Shown piece after piece: positions 27,512 through 36,272 of a DNA stretch of 64,000 bases. Source of the DNA: Patescibacteria group bacterium (GTDB taxonomy: Bacteria > Patescibacteriota > Minisyncoccia > Phycocordibacterales > PALSA-1337); NCBI GenBank assembly GCA_040384285.1, contig JAZKJN010000006.1, forward strand, positions 46,709-110,708. The letters run 5' to 3'. The notes beneath the pieces were generated by a model. That model had not been told where the DNA came from and made no database searches. It saw only the letters and a program-made list of their open reading frames with translations. The first letter of the stretch is position 1; each line of letters starts with the position of its first letter. Position numbers and translations under genes: made by a program.

Positions 27512-27967
27512 ATGGACAATCCAAAAGTTACAGTGAAGGAAACAGGAAAATTTGGTAAAGGTGTCTTTGCGCATGAAAAAATTCTCAAAGGCGAAGTTAT
27601 CGCCGAGTTTGATGGAGAAATATACGGCTGGGATGATGAGAGATGGAGTCAAGAATTGTACGACCACGTTGTTCAATTTGAAGAAAAGAAATGGCGTGAT
27701 TCAAAAGGCATAGCACGTTGGATAAATCATTCTTGTAATCCTAATTGTGGAATCAAGGAACTTTTTAAAGTTACCGCGATGCGAGACATAGAACCTGGCG
27801 AAGAAATAACTTGGGATTATGAAATGACAGAGAAGCATCCATGGTGGAGAATGAAATGCGAATGTGGAAGCACTCTTTGCCGTAAGGAGATTGGAAATTT
27901 TGATGCTATGCCACAGAATATCCGAGAAAGGTATCGTGGTTATATTTCGGAATGGTTGCTAAAATAG
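27512..27967 (+). CDS. SET domain protein-lysine methyltransferase with post-SET
   Basis: GKGVFA, RWINHSCNPN, GEEITWDY, CECGSTLCR. Confidence 0.93.
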   Translation: MDNPKVTVKETGKFGKGVFAHEKILKGEVIAEFDGEIYGWDDERWSQELYDHVVQFEEKKWRDSKGIARWINHSCNPNCGIKELFKVTAMRDIEPGEEITWDYEMTEKHPWWRMKCECGSTLCRKEIGNFDAMPQNIRERYRGYISEWLLK

Positions 27968-27972
27968 ATAGT

Positions 27973-28578
27973 ATGAGAAAAATTATCACATCAACTTTTA
28001 TCACCCTCGATGGCGTCATGCAGGCTCCTGGTGGACCGACAGAAGATACGAGCAACGGCTTCAAGTACGGCGGATGGCAGACATCATTTCCTTCGGACGA
28101 AATGGCAGGGTCTGTTCTCTCTGGATTCTTTCAGTCTCCCTTTGAGCTTCTCCTGGGAAAAGTCACCTATGATATTTTTGCGGGATATTGGCCACAGGCA
28201 ACCACAGACCTCGAAGTAGCAGTTCCTTTCAACACAACAAAGAAATACGTAGTGTCACATTCCTCATTTGAACCTTCATGGAACAATTCAGCGTGTATTA
28301 CGGGTGATGTTGTAGCGCAGATCGAAAAGCTTAAAACTGAAGACGGTCCTGATCTCTGGGTGTATGGCAGTGGAAACTTGATCCAGACATTACTCAAACA
28401 CAATCTCATCGATCGCATGCATGTCTGGATACATCCCATCACCATCGGTACAGGCAAGAAACTTTTTCTAGAAGGAACACAGGCGCAAAACTTCAAACTC
28501 GTAGAATCAAAAACAGGAAGCACAGGACTTATTTTAGCTACGTATGAACCGGGAGAAGAGTTGAAGGTAAACATTTAA
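27973..28578 (+). CDS. Dihydrofolate reductase/RibD C-terminal family protein
   Basis: TLDGVMQAPGG, LLGKVTY, GSGNL, IGTGKKLF. Confidence 0.9.
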   Translation: MRKIITSTFITLDGVMQAPGGPTEDTSNGFKYGGWQTSFPSDEMAGSVLSGFFQSPFELLLGKVTYDIFAGYWPQATTDLEVAVPFNTTKKYVVSHSSFEPSWNNSACITGDVVAQIEKLKTEDGPDLWVYGSGNLIQTLLKHNLIDRMHVWIHPITIGTGKKLFLEGTQAQNFKLVESKTGSTGLILATYEPGEELKVNI

Positions 28579-28586
28579 TAAACTCG

Positions 28587-28835
28587 ATGAAAAACTCTAT
28601 CCTAAAAATCATGGCATGGTCAGCGGTTGCATTGATTATTCCCCTTCTAGGAAATCAGTTTATTGAAGGTTGGAATTGGAGCTGGCACGACTTTGTCTTC
28701 GCATGGGTATTTTGGGTAATCATGGCTACGAGTATTGTTTTTGCTATGCGACAATTTGGTAAATATCGAATCGCTATCGGCATAGCTGTCTTTCTCGCCT
28801 TTGCTGCTGTATGGGTACTGCTTGCTACGGGATAG
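28587..28835 (+). CDS. Small membrane protein
   Basis: Three TM segments, WNWSWHDF motif. Confidence 0.7.
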   Translation: MKNSILKIMAWSAVALIIPLLGNQFIEGWNWSWHDFVFAWVFWVIMATSIVFAMRQFGKYRIAIGIAVFLAFAAVWVLLATG

Positions 28836-28844
28836 AATAAACAT

Positions 28845-29345
28845 ATGCAAACAAGAAAAGAATTTCCGACTGACAAATTCGTCTATAAATACCTTGCGGG
28901 TCCCGTTGAAACCTCAGAAGAAATCGAGGTCGGAGTACCTGAGGGTAATTGTCGCTTTGCCCTCCAACTCTACTTCTATCGCAACCACGGAATTTTCTTT
29001 AAGAAAGATCAGATTTACCTTCCAGGTGGATACAAAGTTCTTGGTAAATTTATTTTTCAAGAAGAATCTATTGACTTTGATGAGTTGAAATTAGGAGATG
29101 TTATATACGCACAGAACCTTCGGAACAAAGAAGGAGAAGAGGTAGATAAAAGTTTGGAGAGGTATAAAGACAAAGATGAATGGTTATACTATCTTCATTC
29201 TGCGATTTACTTAGGAAAAATAAATGATGGAACAGATAATCGATATGTCTGGCATGCAACCCACATTGACGGAGGTCCTACCCTATGGACCCTAGAAAAG
29301 TTTGAGCATTACTATAAACCAATTTCAGCCAAGAGAGTTTTGTAA
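28845..29345 (+). CDS. Hypothetical protein, NlpC/P60-like papain fold suspected
   Basis: GNCRF...GDVIY...HSAIYLG...WHAT Cys-His-His order. Confidence 0.55.
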   Translation: MQTRKEFPTDKFVYKYLAGPVETSEEIEVGVPEGNCRFALQLYFYRNHGIFFKKDQIYLPGGYKVLGKFIFQEESIDFDELKLGDVIYAQNLRNKEGEEVDKSLERYKDKDEWLYYLHSAIYLGKINDGTDNRYVWHATHIDGGPTLWTLEKFEHYYKPISAKRVL

Positions 29346-29358
29346 AGTAGAGAAAGGC

Positions 29359-31035
29359 TTAACCCCTCGGCCCACACCCCAACAACACCCTCCCCAACCG
29401 TATATGTAAATACGAAACATTTGGCCCCACTTTGTTTTTGACCTTCGACAGGAGTACTTCATCATCTGTCTCAAGTATTTCATTGATCGCCTTCTCTATC
29501 TTCTTCCAATGAGCAAATGATATTTCTTTTTTAAGATATGCGATATCAGGTTCGACTCCTTCGGAGATGAGTTTTTCGATATGGGTAAGTATTGTCTCTG
29601 TTGTCACTCCTCGCTCGCTCGCCATGTCTTTGAGACTTTTTCGCTCCTCGATCAAAAGTGCAGTGAGCTCATGTGGTGCAAGTTTAAGTCCACTTCCCCC
29701 CTTGCTCTTTGGTACCGCCCATTCGAGAAAATCTTTTTGCTCTCCGTGAAGTTTTTCAGTATTTTTTAAAATTGTCTTACGCGCAACACTTGATTGTTCC
29801 TGGAGTTCTCGATCGAAAAGAAGAACATCTTCGTGAACCATAAGGGCAGTAGCGTTGAGACCGAGTATACTCAACCCTGCAAGCGACCTCACTCGCGACA
29901 AAGCCACATATCCCATCCCTGGCTCAAAAGCTTTTGAAAGATCCACCTCCACCGCATCCAAGCTCATCCCCTGGCTTTTGTGCACCGTGATCCCCCAGGC
30001 ATGACGAAGTGGGTACTGAGTGATCTCAGCTTTTACCTTGCCATCCTCCTCGATCTTCCATGAAGCAGGCTCGATGGTGATCTCGCGCCCTCCTGTCGTG
30101 CGTATGACGGGGTGTAAACTTTTCTTGCAGGAAACCACCATACCGAGCGTACCGTTTACATATCCTTCTTCAAAATTGTTCTTCACACACATCACCGCTG
30201 CACCAAGTTTCAATTTCAGTTTCTCTGGCGCAAGACATGACTTTTTTAAAATCTCAACAATAGGAAGATGACCTTTTGCAGACATCACATAGAGAGCCTC
30301 TTCGGGACTCTGGAGCTTTTCGAGCTCGAGTGCATTTAAAGCATCTACATCCATGTTGTGGGTAAAGAGTTTGGTAGCACGAACGCCCTTCTCTGGTGTC
30401 TTTCCCATCCGTGTCTCAAGTAGTTTTTTAGATGCATCACTCACATCCCCACTTCTGATTTCATTTAAAATATCTATCATCGAGTCATCTTTTTGGCGGA
30501 ACTGTTCGCTCAGATAGCAGACAGTAAAGTCTCCTTGTTTCCACGCCTCTCCGTGATATACAAACTGTGTCTCTTCACCCGATTCCGAAAAACCTCGCTG
30601 TACTGGAGGAAGCTGAAAGAAATCCCCCACAAGCACCACCTGCACACCACCAAAAGGGTCACTGGTACCTTTCATTGTTCGGAGCACCTGATCCACAAGA
30701 TCAAGTCGGAAATGATGGAGCATAGAGACCTCATCGATGATGAGCACTCTCACCTTTTCAAAACGTTTTGAAAGATATGGTTTCTCAGCCATGGCTTCGA
30801 GATCACTTTCATCCAAAGTATCCTTCACTCCAATCCCCGCCCAGGAATGTATGGTCATCCCTCCCATGTGCGTCGCAGCAATACCGGTCGAAGCAGTGAT
30901 CCCTGGATCAATATCGTTCTTTTTGAGATATGCAATGTAGGAATTGGTAAGATGCGTCTTGCCGCTTCCAGCAGGACCTGTCAAAAACACATTGCGACCA
31001 GTCTTTAAGATTTCTAGGGCTTCGAGTTGGGTCAT
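29359..31035 (-). CDS. PIF1-like SF1B helicase with C-terminal HTH
   Basis: TGPAGSGKT, DEVSM, GDFFQLPPV, TVHKSQG, YVALSR. Confidence 0.93.
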   Translation of the reverse strand: MTQLEALEILKTGRNVFLTGPAGSGKTHLTNSYIAYLKKNDIDPGITASTGIAATHMGGMTIHSWAGIGVKDTLDESDLEAMAEKPYLSKRFEKVRVLIIDEVSMLHHFRLDLVDQVLRTMKGTSDPFGGVQVVLVGDFFQLPPVQRGFSESGEETQFVYHGEAWKQGDFTVCYLSEQFRQKDDSMIDILNEIRSGDVSDASKKLLETRMGKTPEKGVRATKLFTHNMDVDALNALELEKLQSPEEALYVMSAKGHLPIVEILKKSCLAPEKLKLKLGAAVMCVKNNFEEGYVNGTLGMVVSCKKSLHPVIRTTGGREITIEPASWKIEEDGKVKAEITQYPLRHAWGITVHKSQGMSLDAVEVDLSKAFEPGMGYVALSRVRSLAGLSILGLNATALMVHEDVLLFDRELQEQSSVARKTILKNTEKLHGEQKDFLEWAVPKSKGGSGLKLAPHELTALLIEERKSLKDMASERGVTTETILTHIEKLISEGVEPDIAYLKKEISFAHWKKIEKAINEILETDDEVLLSKVKNKVGPNVSYLHIRLGRVLLGCGPRG

Positions 31036-31090
31036 GGAAGTAGTATAGCAAATGGTTAAGGCGGGCGATCATGAGATCGCCCGCCAGGGT

Positions 31091-31324
31091 TTAAGTTGTT
31101 CTCTTCTTCTTTTTAGCCCCGCATAGGTTTGCGAGGTATTGGAAGACGTTTGCGAGGACCTGAAACAGATTTTTCAAGAGCCATCGCCCAAATTGGGTAA
31201 GCTTTTTAAGCTCCCATGAGAGAATCTTGTTTGCTCGTGCAGGTCCACCCATGATCAATCCTATTGCGTAGGAGATGATAAGGATTAACAAGACGAAAAC
31301 AAAGAGTGGGTTGAGGAGTTGCAT
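31091..31324 (-). CDS. Small membrane protein
   Basis: AAGGAA RBS, N-terminal TM, downstream hairpin. Confidence 0.55.
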   Translation of the reverse strand: MQLLNPLFVFVLLILIISYAIGLIMGGPARANKILSWELKKLTQFGRWLLKNLFQVLANVFQYLANLCGAKKKKRTT

Positions 31325-31441
31325 CTGTTCCTTACCATAACATATTTATGTATATAAGTCAATAATCTTCTTGTCTTGCATTCTCTCTTTAAATCCGTAG
31401 TATTCAGTTTAGACAACAAGAACAATTAGCAACGGAAAAAT

Positions 31442-31924
31442 ATGGCAATAATGTTCCTACTCCTCAACGGTCCCAACCTCAATTTCTTGGGATTGAGAAA
31501 CACCAAAGTGTACGGGACCCTGACTCTAGAACAGATCGTCAGGGGACTCCAGAAAGACGCGGAATCTCTGGGATGCGAAATCTTTCCTCTTCAGTCCAAT
31601 CACGAAGGGGTTCTGATTGACAATATCCAGCAGGCAGCTAAAAATGGATTTGGTGGAATTATTTTCAACCCAGGAGGGTACACGCATACCAGTGTTGCTC
31701 TTCGCGATGCTGTAGAGATTGCTCGGGATCTCGGGGTGCCTACAGTGGAGATCCATATCACCGACATCACTCAGCGCGAGCCCTTTCGCCAAAAATCTTT
31801 TTTGAGTGAACAGCCCTCGGTGGTTGTAGACACGGTTATGGGCTATGGTCATATGGGATACGGTGTGGCACTCAGAAAGCTTATTGGTCATATCCTCGAG
31901 AATGCCCTACCCAAACAACCTTGA
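31442..31924 (+). CDS. aroQ: Type II 3-dehydroquinate dehydratase
   Basis: LNGPNLNFLG.R...YG, QSNHEG, NPGGYTHTSVALRDA, EIH, REPFR. Confidence 0.95.
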   Translation: MAIMFLLLNGPNLNFLGLRNTKVYGTLTLEQIVRGLQKDAESLGCEIFPLQSNHEGVLIDNIQQAAKNGFGGIIFNPGGYTHTSVALRDAVEIARDLGVPTVEIHITDITQREPFRQKSFLSEQPSVVVDTVMGYGHMGYGVALRKLIGHILENALPKQP

Positions 31925-31989
31925 TTTCAAGTCTGCGCTGTTCTTGCTCTCCTCGGCAAGCACGGCTTTTTTATTACTATAATTTGTAA

Positions 31990-32372
31990 ATAAAAAGACC
32001 CCTCGTTTGTACGAGGGGCTTCGGGGCACTGCGATGACTGTTTAGCCGATCTCGCAAAGATTGCGCGAGGCTACCTTTGGCGTGAGATAGATATTTGGAT
32101 AACCCGTTGATCACCGAATTTCTCCAATGGGTGGGTTTGTTATTGATGAAACCGAAGCCAGAGTCGCCTTTCGACTCCGTACCACTTTCCTGCCAGGATT
32201 TTCTAACCTGGCATATCTGTCACATCAAGCCCGCAGGCGTATCAGTGACAAGGTTTTTCTCATCCAGATAAATCTAGAAACGAAACCTCCCACAACCCCC
32301 AGATCCGCGAGAACCTAGGTTTAGGCTGTTCCCTTTTTAAGGGGGAATAATTATTCAGGAACCGCAATGCCA
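31990..32372 (-). ncRNA. Candidate large structured ncRNA (~350 nt core)
   Basis: TTGACT(32407)-17-TATCTT promoter; 5'/3' closing stem; many hairpins and long-range pairs; terminator 31990-32020; no sizeable sense ORF. Confidence 0.7.
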
Positions 32373-32410
32373 CTGGCAAAGATATCAAACGCCTCCCGTA
32401 AAGTCAACAA

Positions 32411-32445
32411 TAAAAAAACAACCTCTGCCTGTCACGCAGAGGTTG
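32411..32445 (-). terminator. Intrinsic terminator of the MutS-like gene
   Basis: CAACCTCTGC-loop-GCAGAGGTTG followed by T7. Confidence 0.8.
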
Positions 32446-32464
32446 GTAGAATTCAAACCTTCAT

Positions 32465-34486
32465 TCAGTTCTTCTGGAGGTTGAGGACTTTTTCCAAACC
32501 CATCTCCCGAGCAAGCTCATGGATGTCTGGCTCGCCGATACCTGAACTTATGGTATGAGCCATATCAACCTTGAAACATTTTGCACCAAGGCGATTTTGA
32601 GCATTTTCTGCAAGTGCCGGAATCTGAGTGTTGACCAGCACGGTACAACCGATCTGACGGAAACGCGCAAGTGTTGCCATGCCGAGCCGTTCACCCTGAC
32701 TTGCAGTAGTGCCAGTACCGGCTTCGTCCCAGAACACAAACGTACCGTTCATGGGATGGTTTGCAACCTCCGTTACCACGGCCCCAAGCTTTTCCAGAGA
32801 CAGCTGCATCGTCGAGCCGTCGCCATGCTCCAAATAAATGGAACCAATGACAGTCCGCAGATTCAGGCGCACATTTTTGCCAAACACGGGAAACCCACTG
32901 GCAGCATCGTGCAGAAGACCGAGGATTTCCTCCCCTGTCGTCGTCTTGCCTGCCCCATTTCCTCCTGTGAGCATTGAGATGCCCGCAGCAAGATTTCCGA
33001 GTGCAGTGATAGGACGCAAGTCTTTTGATTCGATAACCCGGCCCTTTGATCCGGAGGTCTTCCGGCCAATCAAGGCAACAGGCCAGAGAGCATCAAACGA
33101 TAACGTTGCCTGTTCCCCTTCCACAATTTCAGGAAAGGAAAGCGGTAATTGCCACCGCCGTGAACGCTCCACGAAGGTATTAGCAATCTTTGCAACATTG
33201 AGAAGCGTATACATGTGATCCGCAGCAAACTCACGGACGTCTTTCGATGCCTGGTAAGTTTCCGTCCATTTCTCCCGACAAACCGTTTCTCCATGAGACC
33301 ACTTGAATTGATCGTCAGAAGCTGGGGACGGGATAACCATTCCATTGCTTCCAAGGAGTTTTTCAAAGTTACCTGCGAACCATTGTTTGAGCCGGGGGTA
33401 GTAGTTAGTGAGCAGATGAGTGATGTACGAACGACGACGCAAGTTATGTTGCATTGTATCGATCTTTTCGAGATCGTCGGAGCGGTAATACCGGCTCCAC
33501 TTTTCGTCCATCGGTTTTGCCCACCTTTCTTCAAACTCGGGGGGAACTGTTTGCTGATCACTGAGTCCCACGAGTTTGATCTTGAGACCCTCCCCATTAT
33601 ACGAGAAGCGAATAACCAGATCCACAAACTCGCCGTCTTTTGATTCGTCAGGAAAAGGAAACAAGCTTTTTTCTTTTTTACCTTCCTCCCGAAGAATATC
33701 GTTCATGTAGTTGCAAATGTCTCGCAAGACCTCGTTCGGAAGCTCCGTCACGATGATCGGATTTGCCCACTTGCGGATCTCACGCCGGATACGGCTTTCT
33801 TCGCGCCGCCGGAGCAAGCTATAGATGCCAATTTTTTCGAAGAATTCATGTTCAAAGAATTCATGGATGGAGACCTTGTCCTTCGGTGGATTCAAGGCAT
33901 ACAATCGATGACCCACCACGTCTTTCGTCCAAGTGGCGAAATTCCACCGACCCTCCTCCTTACGTAACTGGAGGGTGACTGTACCGTCGAGGGTCGTTGC
34001 CTTCAACAATTGATCGACGACTGATTTGCCCATCGCTGCTTCGGAAGATTCCAGCCGCACCTGTTCAGTGCGAAGGTGCTCAGCCATCTGCGACAAGGCG
34101 GGGTTGCTGCGTGAAAAATCAGGAATCTGAGAGACAATCTCTTCAAATTGTTCTACCCTCGTCCAGAACTCATTCTGCTCGTGAGGGTTGAAGTAGTTCA
34201 CGAATTGCTGACCGTCTGCGGGAATCCGGACTGCCGAGCCCATGCGGGCAAAATGATCCATAAGCACGAACTCGCGCAAAGAATCATTTTCAACGAAGAG
34301 CCTAATCAGGTTTTGGCGACGAATCGCCTCTGCCCGATCAGCCGTAGCAAAGGATGAACGAAGTTCACTGTCTTTGATGCCGCGCAACGACAGATGCCGA
34401 TCACGGTTGAGCCCATCGTTGATCCAGAGGATCGGAGAAGCCTGAGAGTTCCACAAGGAAATCGAAGGCAGGGTCGAAGTGTTCAT
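32465..34486 (-). CDS. Stand-alone MutS-related ATPase (domain V-like C-terminus)
   Basis: TGGNGAGKTT Walker A, GST, WDEAGTGT Walker B/D-loop, NTQ at the usual STH, terminal AREMG helix. Confidence 0.8.
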   Translation of the reverse strand: MNTSTLPSISLWNSQASPILWINDGLNRDRHLSLRGIKDSELRSSFATADRAEAIRRQNLIRLFVENDSLREFVLMDHFARMGSAVRIPADGQQFVNYFNPHEQNEFWTRVEQFEEIVSQIPDFSRSNPALSQMAEHLRTEQVRLESSEAAMGKSVVDQLLKATTLDGTVTLQLRKEEGRWNFATWTKDVVGHRLYALNPPKDKVSIHEFFEHEFFEKIGIYSLLRRREESRIRREIRKWANPIIVTELPNEVLRDICNYMNDILREEGKKEKSLFPFPDESKDGEFVDLVIRFSYNGEGLKIKLVGLSDQQTVPPEFEERWAKPMDEKWSRYYRSDDLEKIDTMQHNLRRRSYITHLLTNYYPRLKQWFAGNFEKLLGSNGMVIPSPASDDQFKWSHGETVCREKWTETYQASKDVREFAADHMYTLLNVAKIANTFVERSRRWQLPLSFPEIVEGEQATLSFDALWPVALIGRKTSGSKGRVIESKDLRPITALGNLAAGISMLTGGNGAGKTTTGEEILGLLHDAASGFPVFGKNVRLNLRTVIGSIYLEHGDGSTMQLSLEKLGAVVTEVANHPMNGTFVFWDEAGTGTTASQGERLGMATLARFRQIGCTVLVNTQIPALAENAQNRLGAKCFKVDMAHTISSGIGEPDIHELAREMGLEKVLNLQKN

Positions 34487-34609
34487 AATTTACTCGCTTT
34501 TGTTTGTTGTACCGTATTTGTTATTGTCAAAAAACCAGTGAGATAAAGACCTCATATAGTTCCGTCAAAAGTTACCATTATTTTTGAAAAGTGTCAAAAT
34601 TTGACGACC

Positions 34610-35644
34610 CTATTTACAGACCCCTACCACCGCCATCTCAAGTGGCAATGTTTCGAGATACGCCTTCCCTGTCGCATCATAGGCTCGTAGGAGCTCGAGA
34701 AGCACGGGTGATGTCATGTCACCAGTAGTCGAAAGCCACGCATAGTCTTCCTCTGACATTTGGTCTTTGAGTTCTTTCGCAAGACTTGGTGCATTTTTAA
34801 AGAGAAGCAAAGCTCGAGCTTTTTCGAGAACGAGAGCGTTGAAAGTTTTCATAGCGATACCTCCACTATACGCTTTTGTAATAATTGAAAGCGCTTTGTC
34901 TTTGTCTTTTACAATGAGTGCAGTGAGGAAAGTGTTTACGAGTTCACTTTTTGGAGCACCGGTAGAATCTTCGATATCTTTCAGAGAAACTTTCTCTGCC
35001 TTTGCAGAGCCGATGACTTTTTGCAAAACTCCCAAAGTATCACGGAACGATCCATCACCCAAAAGAGCAATGAGGTCAGCACCTCCTGCTTCAAGAGTAA
35101 TACCTTCTTTTTTAGAGATGGTTTGAACAATTGTTTTGAGGATTTCTCTTGTAGGCTTTTTGAAAGAAAAAACTTGGCAACGAGAAACTACAGTTTCAGG
35201 AATCTTGTCCGTCTCTGTGGTAGCGAGGATAAAGAGAGCGTGTGCGGGTGGTTCCTCGAGAGTTTTCAGAAGTGCATTGAAAGCTTCTTTGGTAAGCATA
35301 TGCACCTCATCGATGATATACACTTTGTAGCGTGATTCAAAAGGAAGGACATGCACTCCATCGCGAATCTCACGGATGTCATCAATACCTCGATTTGAAG
35401 CAGCGTCGATTTCATAAATATCGTTTTCACTGACATCGAGTGCTCGTGCAAAAATACGAGCAAGTGTCGTCTTTCCTGTTCCCCTACCTCCCGAAAAAAG
35501 ATATGCGTGTGAGATGCGGTCATTTGAGAGTGAACCCTGGAGAGAAGAGACGATATGCTCTTGCCCCAAAACAGCATCCCAATCAAGCGGACGGTACTTT
35601 CGGTAGAGGACAGAGGATGTGTGAGTTTCAGCTTTCTTTGCCAT
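34610..35644 (-). CDS. dnaX: DNA polymerase III subunit gamma/tau (short form)
   Basis: LYRKYRP, GGRGTGKTT, EIDAASNRG, DEVHML, KTLEEPP, SRC. Confidence 0.96.
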   Translation of the reverse strand: MAKKAETHTSSVLYRKYRPLDWDAVLGQEHIVSSLQGSLSNDRISHAYLFSGGRGTGKTTLARIFARALDVSENDIYEIDAASNRGIDDIREIRDGVHVLPFESRYKVYIIDEVHMLTKEAFNALLKTLEEPPAHALFILATTETDKIPETVVSRCQVFSFKKPTREILKTIVQTISKKEGITLEAGGADLIALLGDGSFRDTLGVLQKVIGSAKAEKVSLKDIEDSTGAPKSELVNTFLTALIVKDKDKALSIITKAYSGGIAMKTFNALVLEKARALLLFKNAPSLAKELKDQMSEEDYAWLSTTGDMTSPVLLELLRAYDATGKAYLETLPLEMAVVGVCK

Positions 35645-35982
35645 AGTAGAAGTAAGTATATCGTAAAGGGTTTATATATAAAAGAAAACTCCAGCGAGGC
35701 ACCATGCCTGGCTGGAGTTGAAGTGTGCCCGCTCAGACTTGACGATGAGCAGGTGCTTCTCTTCTTGTTGTGGCCTTCTTCTTTTACTTACAGAGGACGA
35801 TCTTCATCAGTTAGTCCTTTTGCTAAAACTTCCAAGGAGAGGAGCATGAGAGGTCCAGTGATAACAAGGCAATCACTGACATGTCCGTAAATATAGTAAA
35901 GGATATTTATTTAAAAAGCAACGTAAAAGAAAAAGCGCCCGGCGGTATGTTGGCCGCCGGGCGCAAGCAAGTCTTCAGATGG

Positions 35983-36156
35983 TTACTTCTTCGTGTCCAC
36001 CTCCCCCCAGGTCGGATAGGTGGGCCGGGCCCGCCCAGGATCCTCGTGGCGCGCGCTGATGTTGAGGTGACTGTTGCCGGTTGTGGCTGATTGTCCAATC
36101 GCAAAGCAAAACGATGCTTCTTGCGGTGGACCCGATGACTGATGTTTACCTTTCAT
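35983..36156 (-). CDS. 57-aa hypothetical peptide
   Basis: GAAAGG RBS, MKGKHQSSGPPQEASFCF...VDTKK, GC-rich terminator 35926-35964. Confidence 0.4.
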   Translation of the reverse strand: MKGKHQSSGPPQEASFCFAIGQSATTGNSHLNISARHEDPGRARPTYPTWGEVDTKK

Positions 36157-36272
36157 CTTCGGCCTTTCTTTTTTCCTGTCCGGAATCGTCCCGTCAGCAG
36201 TAGCGGGTAACCGGATGGATAAGTACAGGATACGATTATATTAAAATGTCGTCAAAAATTTTATCCCCAGCC

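Noticed and set aside
32127-32318. 63-aa plus-strand ORF
   Set aside because: No SD or promoter seen; lies antisense to a region better explained as structured RNA with minus-strand promoter and terminator
32025-32371. RNase P RNA or tmRNA as identity of the large RNA
   Set aside because: AGGAAAGT is present but not followed by the CR-I/P4 continuation, and no CR-V (ACAGAA..GGCUUA) is seen; no tRNA-like ends, T-loop or tag ORF. Only a covariance search can exclude a very divergent form
35795-35820. Hammerhead ribozyme core CTGATGA on the minus strand (also on the plus strand at ~24277)
   Set aside because: No stem II followed by GAAA and no stem III/UH cleavage site could be built
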